In this document: positions 44,799-54,166 of the stretch, piece by piece
Layout: the number at the start of each line of letters is the position of its first letter
How positions within the stretch are numbered: position 1 is the stretch's first letter
Source: Kiritimatiellia bacterium
GTDB taxonomy: Bacteria; Verrucomicrobiota; Kiritimatiellia; RFP12; UBA1067
Length of the DNA stretch: 64,000 bases
Direction: 5' to 3'
Assembly: GCA_016284515.1 (NCBI GenBank)
Contig: JAEEOY010000274.1
Span: 14,738-78,737, forward strand
The notes under the pieces: model-generated
Told to the model about the DNA's origin: nothing
The model's input: the letters and a program-made list of their open reading frames with translations, nothing else
Database searches by the model: none
Position numbers and translations under genes: made by a program

Positions 44799-47700
44799 TT
44801 ACCGCAACATCACCCTCAGCCCGGTGCGGGACCTCAAAACAAGGCGATGTCCACGCATCTGGGCGAACCATCCCTTCGGCGCGCCCTCTACGGACGGGAT
44901 GCCGGTGATGGATTCAGTGGCTGTTGCGAGGACGTAGTAGACCGACCTGTCGAGAAGTTCCGTATCGCCGGTCAGCGTGATCGTAGCTCCCGTGAAGTCG
45001 AACGAGTCGCCTGTCAGGGCATTGCCCGCAACGAGGTCGGCGACGTCAACCGTCCAGTCGCCCGAAACAACGAGCGTACCGTTTGTGAACGCGCCCGCCG
45101 CGGAGTAGAAGTCGCCGGAGAGCGTGAGGTCAGCCCCGCCGAGGTCGACCTTCGCGCCGTTCGCGATCGCGAAGGACGTGTTCGCCGGGAGCGGCTGAAC
45201 ATTCGGCAGATACGGCGACGTCGTGAGCAGCGGCAGCTCGCCGCCGTAAGCCGTAGCCGTCAGCGGGACATAGTTTCCGGGGACTTCCGCATCGCGTCCG
45301 GAGAAGTCGATGCCGATGCCAATCGTGTTGTCAGTGAGCCAGCCGCCTGCCGACGGGCCCGACCCGCCGGTGCCCTGGTTGAGCCCGATGCGGATCGCAT
45401 GGGCACCGGGCGAGAGCGTAACGTTCGCCTTTGTTGGTGTATTGTAACTGCCGTTGTCCAGCACTTTCGCGCCGTCGACCGTAAGGTTGACGCTGTCGTC
45501 GAAGTTCTCGGCGAACGTCCACGTAACGTCCTCGCTGCCATGGTTCCAGATGTAGCCCTCGAACACATAGCCGATGTTCTTGTTGGTGTAGCCGTCGATC
45601 TCGTCCGTCTCGGCGTGCTTGATGTTGGCGTAGTCGAGATTGGGATAGACCCCGGTCCGCGGGCAGGCCGCGGTCGCGTAGGTTCCGTTCGCGACGAAGC
45701 CGCCGTAGAGACCGGCACTGGACGGAGCAATCTTGAGCGTGCCGCCGTTGACGTGGACGTAGGCGTCGGGCGCGAAGTCCTGCACGTCGAGGTCGTCGGT
45801 CGTGAGCGTGAAGAGCGAGCCGTCACCAGGATCCTCGAGGGTGACGAAGTTGCCGTAAACGCCCTCGTCGCGTCCCTGGAAGTCAATGCCGATCGTCCAG
45901 CCGCCATCGGGATGTTGCCACCACTGGAACCAGTCGGCGGTCACGCACGGGCCGGAGGTTCCGCCGCCCTGGTACACGACGAGGTGGAAGCGATGCGGCC
46001 CCGGCGTGAGCGTGGCAGATCCGAATGTCGGCCTTGTCCAGGCATTCTGTTCGCAGTCGTTCAGCACGACCGTATCGTCGATCGTCAGATAGACGAAGTC
46101 GTCGAAGTGCTCGGCAAACGTCCAAGTCACAGTCTCTCCCGTGCGGTTCCAGATGTACCCGTCGTACGCGCAGTTGATGTTGTGGTTGAGATATTCCTGA
46201 TCCTCGAATATCTTGACGTTGTCACCCTTACTCGTCTGAACATACTCGAGGTTCGTGACGACGAGCAGGTTATTCTCCGCCGTTGCGGTGAAATTCGTTT
46301 CGAGGTCTCCGTTCTTGAACGCCGCGTAGAGGCCCGGCTGACGCAGCGAACCGCGCTCGCCGCTTATCGACAGCACCGTGTCGAGCGTCGAGACGTCGTC
46401 TTCTCCGCCGTTGACGATGAGTTCCGTCGCCGTGTAGGACGGCGCGCTGAACTGACCGCCAGCGAGCGTGAGCCTGCCGGGCTGGATCGATGCGCCCGCC
46501 GGAACCGACAGAACGCCGCCCTGCACCTCAGCGCCGACAACGCCGTTCTCGCCTTCGAGCGTCAGTGTTCCAGCGCCCTTCTTGACAATCTGGCCGGCCG
46601 AGCTCGCACCCATCGTGACGGCCGAAGCGTCGATCGTGTACGTCTGCGTGTTGTTGTCGACGTAGAGTCCGCCGCCGAAGAGCTTGACAGTCGGCTTCTC
46701 GGTGTAGCCCCAGCCAGGGCTGGTCACGATGATGCCTTTCACCGTGCGCGTCGCGGTGTCGAAGTCCACGACAGCCGTCGCGCCCTCGCCGTCGCCTTCG
46801 ATGATCACCATCGGCGGACCCATCAGCTCAGAGCCCTTCCACTTGAGCTTCGCGGCGTCAGTGTGGGTCCAGCTGATGGACTTCACGCCGAGTCCCGACG
46901 GCGCAAGGAGTGCCTGTCCGGGTGTGACGTTGTATCCGTCCGTGTCAAACTGCGCACCCTTCTCGAAGACATACACGCCGTCGAGCTTGTTTCCTGACGC
47001 CTCGCCGAACAGCTGTGTGCCGCCCTGCTTCGCCTTGAACGTTCCGCCGTTGAACGTCGCATAGGCAGTGTTCGGATCTTCCCTAGTGTTTCTCCAGAGA
47101 TTCTTTGCCGCAAACACACCGTCGTTGAAGTTTATCTGGCCCTTGAAAGTAGGACGGTCGGAGACAAGGACGCTTTCGGCTTTTTCTCCGCCGATGTTGG
47201 CCGTGCCGCCGCGCATCTCGTAGACGCCGTAGCCTCCGGAATTATTGCTGTCGTCGCCGAAGATGAGCTGACCTGCGGTCGTGAGCGTTCCGCCGGACTG
47301 GTCGAACGCGCCGTGTCCGCCGCGGCTCATCACCAGAGACCCCGCAAGCGCATTGGTAATGACGACGGAGCTGTCGTCCCTTATGGCGAGTGTCGCGTAG
47401 GACGTCGAATTCCTTGTGAGCTGCGAGTAACCCATGAACATGGCAGAACCCGTGCCGGCGACCTCCCAGTAACCCCACGTCCACTGCGCATTCGCGAACA
47501 CGGAGTCGCTGGCCGCTCCACCCCAGTTAACGATCTCGCCGCCGCTCTGAAGGATGGCGTTCTGACCGTACTGGTTGTTTCCCATAAAGAGCTTGTTCGA
47601 GACGATGCCGCCGTCCTGTACCTCAAGTATGCCGCCGCCGACGTCCGCACTGCCGAGGCTGAGGGATGGCGACCCATGGTTGTAAGGAGCCAAATACGAA

Positions 47701-50441
47701 TGGATGTACCCACCCTTTCCGACAACGACCGTCGGAATGTCGCCGTCGCTGCGGACATTGCCGATGTTGAGGTTGTTGTTGCCGAAGTCGATCTCGCTGT
47801 CATAGATCTCGACGCGTCCTTTCTTGATGACCTGAAGTCCGCTCATCGTGTTTTCCGCGTTGTTGGAGATGACGAGCGTGCCCTGGTCGGCGTAGATACC
47901 GCCGCCCGCCGTGTACGCCATCTCGGCGGTGAACGTTCCGTCGCCTGTCTTCGCGATGCCGATCGGCTTGCTGACCGTGCCAGTTCCAGACGCCGCATCA
48001 TATCCCGCCGTGTCGATCATGATGGCTCCCTGCGCGCCTGAGGGAGCGTCGGCGTTGGCGATGAGCGCGTTGATCTGCTCGGCGCTCCATCCGTCGTCGC
48101 CGCCGCTTCCGAGCTTGACGGCGATCTTGCCGGAGCCGGAGATGACGACCTTGCCGGGCACGTTGTAGCCGGGCAGGACCGCCGCGCACGGACAATAGAG
48201 GACGCCTTTCTTGACCTCGGTTCCACCCGTCCAGTCGTTCTCCGTGTTCTCAATGCGCGCATAGCCGGCGTCACCTCCCCCGTCGCGGACGAGCTTGCCG
48301 GTGCCAGTGATCTTGCCTGTGATCCGGAAGTTAGTATTGTCGTTCGGCGAAAGCTTGAGCTCCGCGCCCTCTTCGAGTGTCACAGTGCCGGCAATGTTGT
48401 TCTCGGTGGCGCTGCCGCTGCGGCAGACGAACTGGCCGCCGGCCGAAGTCACCGTGATGGGCCACGTCAATGCGGCACCGAGGTTGTAGACGTCGAACTT
48501 GCCGCCCGCGAACTCGATGGTGCCGTTTCCGTTGAACGTCGTTCCCGACTCCACTCCGAAAGTGCCCTGCTCGATGCGGATCTTCGCGGTGTCGCCGCCC
48601 GCATTGACCGGCACGGACGTGAACAGGAAATCGCTGCCGCCCTTCTTCGTGAGGACGTGTCCGTTCATGTTGAAGTACGCGCCGCTGACCGTATTGCGGA
48701 AGTCAAAGCGCGCAACGGAGTTCACCGTCGCATCACCCGTCATCTCGCCGCAGACAAGCGCGTTGTACTGGCTCGTGCCGGAGGTGTTGGCGAGAGCGCC
48801 TTTTCCGTTGTCGCCAGTGCCCTCGAAGATGATTTTTGTTCCACGCAATCCGACTGTGTTGGCCACTGCTCCCGGCGTCCCGACGTCGAGCGTCGCGCCC
48901 GCGTCGACCTTGATCGTCGCCGCGCCGTCGCCGAAGCTCTTGCTGGCGTCCGTGCGGCCGATGAGGAGCGTTCCCTCCTTGACCTCGAACGTACCTGCGA
49001 AATTGGGGTTCTCGTTGGCGACCGTGAGTGTGCCCGCGCCGCTCTTTACAAACGTCCCCGCGCCGGAGAGCGTCTGCGCCAATGTGGCGTCAGCGGCGTT
49101 CGGCAGTTCTACCGAGCCCGCACCAATCGAAATCGTCGTGAAGTCCGTGCCACCAGCGAGCTTTGCCGCGCCCGCGCCGAACTTCACGATCGAGTCGCTG
49201 TTGGCGACCTTCGTTGCGACCGCGTTGACGGTAAGAGTCGAGGCGGCGTCCTTCACATCGAACGTCAGCGTGCCGCTGAGCGGCGAGACCGAGCCCTGCC
49301 CGACCGTGCCGCCGACCGTAATGTCACCCGCGTCGGAAAGAGTGCCGAGTGTGCCAACCTTAAGCGTCTCGCCGGAGCCAATCGCGAGCGTATGCGCATC
49401 GGTGTATCCGTTCACGTACATAGCAGCTTCGGTTGTCGTCGCGCCGAGCGCGTTCTGCGCGCCCGTTCCGGCCGTAGCGACACGGTAGTTGGCCGTCGCG
49501 TCGCTCGCGACCGTCTCGCCGAGCGTCGCGAGGTCCGTCCAGGTGACGGCGGAAGCGTCGCCGAGCTTCGCCTGGCAGGTAACCGTGCCGACACCGTTCG
49601 ACGCCACCACGCGCCAGTACTTCTCGACCGTCGGATTGTACGCTCCGGGAATCGTATAGGACGAAACGCCGGGCTTGAAAACATCGAGTTCCGTCCACGG
49701 GCCCTCCGCGGAATCGGCGGAATAGACGTAATAGCGCAGAACGTCATGCGGATCAGACCAGGTCATCTTCACATCCGACCCGTCGGCGACGATCGCGGGA
49801 TTGGTCCAGCTCGGCGCCGCCGCGCCCCAGATTGCATAACCGCCGAAGATGCCGTTGTCGGCGTAATTCGTGATCTGGAATACGATCTGTCCCGAAGCGT
49901 CTGCCGTCACGTTCGTGGCGAAGGCGTGCGCCACGCCCATGCCGGCCGCTGAGGGCTTGACTCCGCAGACGAGCGTCGTTCCGTTGGCTCGGCTGCGGAA
50001 CACGCGGTTTTGGTTGGCGTTGTAAGTTTCGGCGAAGTGAATTTCGGCGATGTAGGAAGCGTTCGGAACGAGACCGCCGACGGTCACGGTCGACGCACCG
50101 TAAATCTCGGTCTGGTAGATTTCGGCCGGCGCCCAGGCGGGGGAACTGTAGTAGAATTTCTTGTCGATTTCGTCACCCCGGTTCTGGCCGGTCGCCGTGT
50201 TGTCCACCACTATCGGTTCGTCCGGATAGACGATCGGCACCCCGGTGCGGACGCCGGAACTGGTCCCGCCGCTGCGCATGCCGTCGGGCATCTTGCGGAA
50301 AATCCCGTAGTCGTTGAGGGGATGCAGCGCATCCACCAGGCCCCACTCGGCTCCGTGAGGATGCTCACCCGTATATCGGTCAGCGTATGCGGCCCCGAAG
50401 AGCGCGGCCATCGAACCTAGCATCACCAGCATCTGTTTCAT
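44799..50441 (-). CDS. Giant secreted or surface protein of 1880 aa with autotransporter-associated beta-strand repeats and two PA14 domains.
   Basis: Signal peptide MKQMLVMLGSMAALFGAAYA. Many G-x-GTL-x-V/L repeats (PATR-like). Two PA14-like modules: GYIWNRTGETVTWTFAEHFDDFVYLTIDDTVVL and GYIWNHGSEDVTWTFAENFDDSVNLTVDGAKVL. Co-transcribed with GH3 paralog 1. Confidence 0.65.
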   Translation of the reverse strand: MKQMLVMLGSMAALFGAAYADRYTGEHPHGAEWGLVDALHPLNDYGIFRKMPDGMRSGGTSSGVRTGVPIVYPDEPIVVDNTATGQNRGDEIDKKFYYSSPAWAPAEIYQTEIYGASTVTVGGLVPNASYIAEIHFAETYNANQNRVFRSRANGTTLVCGVKPSAAGMGVAHAFATNVTADASGQIVFQITNYADNGIFGGYAIWGAAAPSWTNPAIVADGSDVKMTWSDPHDVLRYYVYSADSAEGPWTELDVFKPGVSSYTIPGAYNPTVEKYWRVVASNGVGTVTCQAKLGDASAVTWTDLATLGETVASDATANYRVATAGTGAQNALGATTTEAAMYVNGYTDAHTLAIGSGETLKVGTLGTLSDAGDITVGGTVGQGSVSPLSGTLTFDVKDAASTLTVNAVATKVANSDSIVKFGAGAAKLAGGTDFTTISIGAGSVELPNAADATLAQTLSGAGTFVKSGAGTLTVANENPNFAGTFEVKEGTLLIGRTDASKSFGDGAATIKVDAGATLDVGTPGAVANTVGLRGTKIIFEGTGDNGKGALANTSGTSQYNALVCGEMTGDATVNSVARFDFRNTVSGAYFNMNGHVLTKKGGSDFLFTSVPVNAGGDTAKIRIEQGTFGVESGTTFNGNGTIEFAGGKFDVYNLGAALTWPITVTSAGGQFVCRSGSATENNIAGTVTLEEGAELKLSPNDNTNFRITGKITGTGKLVRDGGGDAGYARIENTENDWTGGTEVKKGVLYCPCAAVLPGYNVPGKVVISGSGKIAVKLGSGGDDGWSAEQINALIANADAPSGAQGAIMIDTAGYDAASGTGTVSKPIGIAKTGDGTFTAEMAYTAGGGIYADQGTLVISNNAENTMSGLQVIKKGRVEIYDSEIDFGNNNLNIGNVRSDGDIPTVVVGKGGYIHSYLAPYNHGSPSLSLGSADVGGGILEVQDGGIVSNKLFMGNNQYGQNAILQSGGEIVNWGGAASDSVFANAQWTWGYWEVAGTGSAMFMGYSQLTRNSTSYATLAIRDDSSVVITNALAGSLVMSRGGHGAFDQSGGTLTTAGQLIFGDDSNNSGGYGVYEMRGGTANIGGEKAESVLVSDRPTFKGQINFNDGVFAAKNLWRNTREDPNTAYATFNGGTFKAKQGGTQLFGEASGNKLDGVYVFEKGAQFDTDGYNVTPGQALLAPSGLGVKSISWTHTDAAKLKWKGSELMGPPMVIIEGDGEGATAVVDFDTATRTVKGIIVTSPGWGYTEKPTVKLFGGGLYVDNNTQTYTIDASAVTMGASSAGQIVKKGAGTLTLEGENGVVGAEVQGGVLSVPAGASIQPGRLTLAGGQFSAPSYTATELIVNGGEDDVSTLDTVLSISGERGSLRQPGLYAAFKNGDLETNFTATAENNLLVVTNLEYVQTSKGDNVKIFEDQEYLNHNINCAYDGYIWNRTGETVTWTFAEHFDDFVYLTIDDTVVLNDCEQNAWTRPTFGSATLTPGPHRFHLVVYQGGGTSGPCVTADWFQWWQHPDGGWTIGIDFQGRDEGVYGNFVTLEDPGDGSLFTLTTDDLDVQDFAPDAYVHVNGGTLKIAPSSAGLYGGFVANGTYATAACPRTGVYPNLDYANIKHAETDEIDGYTNKNIGYVFEGYIWNHGSEDVTWTFAENFDDSVNLTVDGAKVLDNGSYNTPTKANVTLSPGAHAIRIGLNQGTGGSGPSAGGWLTDNTIGIGIDFSGRDAEVPGNYVPLTATAYGGELPLLTTSPYLPNVQPLPANTSFAIANGAKVDLGGADLTLSGDFYSAAGAFTNGTLVVSGDWTVDVADLVAGNALTGDSFDFTGATITLTGDTELLDRSVYYVLATATESITGIPSVEGAPKGWFAQMRGHRLVLRSRTGLRVMLR

Positions 50442-50498
50442 GTCAGTTTTCCTTATGAATTAGAAACCGTCAGGGTATCCCCTGTTGCATATGCCTAA

Positions 50499-50507
50499 AT
50501 TGTACCA
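50499..50507 (-). promoter_or_regulatory. Promoter of the giant PA14 protein gene: extended -10 TGGTACAAT. Downstream of a conserved ~45-bp box at 50514-50560 that is shared with the GH3 paralog 2 promoter.
   Basis: The minus strand reads ...gaaaatatcgtgaaatttgcgcagcgc... then tgTGGTACAATttagg, about 50 nt before the ATG. Confidence 0.35.
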
Positions 50508-50581
50508 CAAATCATCCGAACATAACGCAAAAATGCGAAGGAAAATATCGTGAAATTTGCGCAGCGCTTCTCGCCGAAAAG

Positions 50582-51982
50582 TCAGTGCACCGAGCGGATG
50601 CGAACGTTGCAGAAGTACGGGAGAGCCCCGCCGTGCATGCCCTGGAATCCGATCGGACCCGCCGTGCGGATGGTCGACCACGGACGCGGCAGATGGCCCG
50701 GGATTTTGAAGCCGCTTGGCGCGACCTTGCCGTCCGTAAGCTTCGCAAGTGAATAATCTAGCGCGACCTGTCCGTTGATGGTGACCGTAATCTGCTGGCC
50801 GACCGCCTTGATCGTCATGTGGTTCCACTGACCAGCGCCCTTTGCAGGAAACGCCGTCGGCGCGACATGGCCGTAGAGCGAGCCGTTCTTGAGCTCCGGT
50901 GCGTCCTTCTTCCATCGCTCGTGGTTGTCGTCGAGGAGCTGGATCTCGATGGCGTTCGGAACCCAGTTCTTCGTGTCCTCGGCATAGATAATGACACCAG
51001 AGTTCGCGCCCGCGTCAAGTTTGTAGTCGAAGTCTAGCTCGAAGTTCGAGTAGCTCGCGTCTGACCAAATCGCATCGTCCTTCGTCGCCGTCATCACGCC
51101 GTCGACGCCCATCTTCCAGACGCCGCCCTCGAACGCGGCACGGCGCCACTTGACGCTCTTCCATCCGTCCATCGCGTCAAGCGCGCGACGCGCAAGGTCA
51201 CCGGGGCAGATCCCGGCCTTGAGCAGGCGCTCGTTCTCCTCGTCCGTCAGCTTGAGCTCGTACTTCCATGCCTCGGGCATCTTGCGCCACGCGGCGAATA
51301 TCTCGTCCTTCTTCGCCTCGTCTACGCCCATCACGCGCAGAACGCCCCACGCCATCATGCAGTCGCCTGGAAACGCCATGTGCACTCCGTCGACCGTGAG
51401 CTTGTTGCCGGGCGTCTTGTCCGCAGCGCGGATGCGCGCGAGCTCCGCCTGCATGTCGGCGTTGAGGTCGGCGAGGGGAAGCCCGCGGCGCTTCGCCTCG
51501 GCGCGCAGCCAGTCATTGTACTGGACGAGCATCGTGTTCTGCTTGTTGGACGCGTCTTCGCGTATCATCGTCGCTGTGAGGACGATGACCTTGATGCCCG
51601 CCGCCGCGCACTTGTCGAATATCTCGGAGCAGTTGCGCTTGTAGTCCTCGAGCGAGACGCCCTTGTTCCAGTCGAAGTGCCACACGTCGTTCACGCCGCA
51701 CGAGAAAGTCATCCACTTCACGTTCTTCGAGATGACGTCCTTGTCGAGGCGCGCAAGCATCTCGTTCGACTTGTGGCCGGAAACGCCTGCGGGGACCTTC
51801 TCGGCCTTGACACCTGCGACCTCCAGTCCCTTCATCACCATGTTCACGTATCCGGCCGGGCGGTTTCCGTTGGCGGTGATCGAGTCGCCAAGGAAGGCGA
51901 TCCTGTCGCCGTTGCCTATGAGGATTTCCGCCGAAGCGGATATGGCCGCGGCCATGCAGGCCAGCAGTGCGATTTTTTTCAT
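50582..51982 (-). CDS. Fusion of an SGNH/GDSL hydrolase with a DUF1080 domain (3-keto-disaccharide hydrolase-like, concanavalin fold).
   Basis: N-terminal signal peptide, then GDSIT block I and GVNDV, typical of the SGNH esterase fold. The C-terminal ~200 aa match the DUF1080 pattern (NSGVIIYAED...EIQLLDD...HMTIKAVGQQITVTINGQV). Confidence 0.6.
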   Translation of the reverse strand: MKKIALLACMAAAISASAEILIGNGDRIAFLGDSITANGNRPAGYVNMVMKGLEVAGVKAEKVPAGVSGHKSNEMLARLDKDVISKNVKWMTFSCGVNDVWHFDWNKGVSLEDYKRNCSEIFDKCAAAGIKVIVLTATMIREDASNKQNTMLVQYNDWLRAEAKRRGLPLADLNADMQAELARIRAADKTPGNKLTVDGVHMAFPGDCMMAWGVLRVMGVDEAKKDEIFAAWRKMPEAWKYELKLTDEENERLLKAGICPGDLARRALDAMDGWKSVKWRRAAFEGGVWKMGVDGVMTATKDDAIWSDASYSNFELDFDYKLDAGANSGVIIYAEDTKNWVPNAIEIQLLDDNHERWKKDAPELKNGSLYGHVAPTAFPAKGAGQWNHMTIKAVGQQITVTINGQVALDYSLAKLTDGKVAPSGFKIPGHLPRPWSTIRTAGPIGFQGMHGGALPYFCNVRIRSVH

Positions 51983-52019
51983 GATTTACTTTCCTTGTCT
52001 ACGACAACACACATAGTGA

Positions 52020-54074
52020 TCAGAAGCTTGTCTTCGCGGAGAGGATGCCGTCTGCGAAGCCGGGCTGACCGCCGCCGACGAAGAACTCGTACTCGCCCTT
52101 CGCAAGCGACTGCTTTCCGTCCATGCCGAACTGCATGAGCTGCTCTTTTGAGAGGTTGAACGTCACCGTCTTCGTCTCGCCCGGCTTGAGGCTAACGCGC
52201 TTGAATCCCTCGAGGTGATGGACCCTGCGATCGCCGGAATCCTTGGGAGAACGAACATAGAGCTGCACCACTTCGTCGCCCGCGAGTTTGCCGGTATTTG
52301 AGACTTTGACCGTCGCCGTCACGCCGTCCTTCGCCTTCGATACCTTGAGCCCGTCATAGCCGAACGTAGTGTAGGAAAGACCATAGCCGAACGGGAAGAG
52401 CGGCTTCTTCGCGGCGTAGAGATAGGTGCGGCCGGGGAGCTTGTAGTCCTTGATTCCCGCTTCGTCGTCGAACTTCTCCATGTATGTCAGCGGAAGGCGT
52501 CCGCCCGGATTGTTCGTTCCGAGGAGCGTGCGCGCGATGGCGCGCCCACCCTGCTCGCCCGGATACCACGCGACAAGAACGGCGTCTGAAAGCTCGCAGA
52601 CTTCCTTGAGGTCAAGTGGGCTTCCGCCGTAGATCACGGATATCACGCGGTGGCGCTGACGGTCGCCCTGCCATTTCTTCAGCTGGTCGATCTGGTTCTG
52701 CGGCATGTGGCAGTCGCGCTTGTCTCCACCCTCTCCCTCGTTCCTCGGCGAAATGCCGATGAACGCGATCTTGACGCGCGCATGGTCGCTTCCGATGGCG
52801 ATGGTCGGACCAAGCTCCGCAGCAAGTCCGGCGCGAGCGGTCACGTAGTTCCCCGCCGACCCCTCGTAGTTGCCGACGAGCGGCTTCACGTCGTCCTCCA
52901 TTCCCCAGACGTCGACTCCGTTGAACGTGGACTTGTCGAGCGGCAGGACGCCGTCGTTCTTCAGAAGCACCATCGACTCCTCCGCGACCTTGAGCGAAAG
53001 AGCGATGCTCTCGCTCGTCGCGATGTCCTTCTCGCCAAGTCCATCCCATGGGGTCTTGACGTCGCCAACGTTGCCAAGGAGAATGCGCGTAGTCAGAACG
53101 TGGATGACGGGCTCGCGGAGCTGCTCCTTGGTGATGCGGCCTTCGCGCATCTCGGCCCGTAGGCAGTCGTACGTTCCTTCGCTGCAGAGGTCAAGTCCGC
53201 CCGCGATCGTCGCAAGGCACGCCTCGACCTTTGTCTTGCTGTACTTGTGGTTCGCCCATACGTCGTTCACCGCGCCCACGTCGCTCACGACCGACCCCAT
53301 GAACCCCCACTCGCCGCGGAGGATGTCGCGCAGGAGGAACTTGTTCGCGCAGCACGGGATTCCGTTCACCGCGGAATAGGCTCCCATCACCTGCTCGACC
53401 TGTCCGTCGACGACGAGCATCCTGAATGCCGGCAGATAGTACTCGTAGAGGTCGCGCATGTCGAGGTCTACGTTGAACTCGTGGCGCAGCTTTTCCGGAC
53501 CGGAGTGAACGGCGTAGTGCTTCGCGCACGCGGCGACCTTGAGGAACTTCGGGTCGTCGCCCTGCATGCCCTTCACGAACTCCGTGCCCATCACGCCCGC
53601 GAGGTACGGGTCCTCTCCGAATGTCTCCTGCCCGCGGCCCCACTTCGCACAGCGAAACATGTTGACGTTGGGGCTCCAGTAGGTGAGGCCGGTGTAGATT
53701 CCACGAAGGCCCCTCGCGCGGAAGAGGTTGTGCTTCGCGCGCGCCTCCGTCGAGGTCACTTCGCCGACCTTGCGCTCAAGGTCAGCGTCGAACGTGGCGG
53801 CGCGTCCGATCGCCTGTGGGAACATCGTCGCAAGACCTGCGCGCGCCACTCCGTGCAGTCCCTCGTTCCACCAGTGGTGCTGCTGGATGCGCGGCTCCTT
53901 GATCGGCACGTTGTTCATCATGAGAAGCGAGATCGCGTCGTTAGGGGAAAGCCGCTCGAACAATGCCTTGGCCTCGGCCTCCGCTTCGGCGCGGCGCGCC
54001 GCGCCTGGAGCCGCCATTACCTGCGCAACAGCGACAGCCGCCGCGCCCGCCAACATGATTTTTACAGTTTTCAT
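52020..54074 (-). CDS. GH3 glycoside hydrolase, paralog 2.
   Basis: Start moved to MKTVKIMLAGAAAVAVAQVMA (ATG 54074), which is the signal peptide. Same GH3 motifs as paralog 1. Confidence 0.8.
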   Translation of the reverse strand: MKTVKIMLAGAAAVAVAQVMAAPGAARRAEAEAEAKALFERLSPNDAISLLMMNNVPIKEPRIQQHHWWNEGLHGVARAGLATMFPQAIGRAATFDADLERKVGEVTSTEARAKHNLFRARGLRGIYTGLTYWSPNVNMFRCAKWGRGQETFGEDPYLAGVMGTEFVKGMQGDDPKFLKVAACAKHYAVHSGPEKLRHEFNVDLDMRDLYEYYLPAFRMLVVDGQVEQVMGAYSAVNGIPCCANKFLLRDILRGEWGFMGSVVSDVGAVNDVWANHKYSKTKVEACLATIAGGLDLCSEGTYDCLRAEMREGRITKEQLREPVIHVLTTRILLGNVGDVKTPWDGLGEKDIATSESIALSLKVAEESMVLLKNDGVLPLDKSTFNGVDVWGMEDDVKPLVGNYEGSAGNYVTARAGLAAELGPTIAIGSDHARVKIAFIGISPRNEGEGGDKRDCHMPQNQIDQLKKWQGDRQRHRVISVIYGGSPLDLKEVCELSDAVLVAWYPGEQGGRAIARTLLGTNNPGGRLPLTYMEKFDDEAGIKDYKLPGRTYLYAAKKPLFPFGYGLSYTTFGYDGLKVSKAKDGVTATVKVSNTGKLAGDEVVQLYVRSPKDSGDRRVHHLEGFKRVSLKPGETKTVTFNLSKEQLMQFGMDGKQSLAKGEYEFFVGGGQPGFADGILSAKTSF

Positions 54075-54080
54075 GTTTTC

Positions 54081-54150
54081 ATTATAGCATATAGCACATT
54101 TCTGCTGCGTGAACACAACGCAGAAAATATCGTGAAATTTACGCAGAGCA
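54081..54150 (-). promoter_or_regulatory. GH3 paralog 2 operon promoter: extended -10 TGcTATAAT 6 nt before the ATG (leaderless), with a conserved upstream box GAACAcAACGCAGAAAATATCGTGAAATTTACGCAGAGC.
   Basis: The minus strand reads gctctgcgtaaatttcacgatattttctgcgttgtgttc...atatgcTATAATgaaaacATG. The box is 27/29 identical to one upstream of the giant PA14 gene. Confidence 0.4.
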
Positions 54151-54166
54151 AAAAAATCAGGCGCCT

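Noticed and set aside
44577-46997. 806-aa plus-strand ORF, plus the similar 431-aa ORF at 48657..49952 and 329-aa ORF at 48499..49488
   Set aside because: Antisense to the giant PA14 protein gene. Arg/Val/Asp-rich low-complexity translations.
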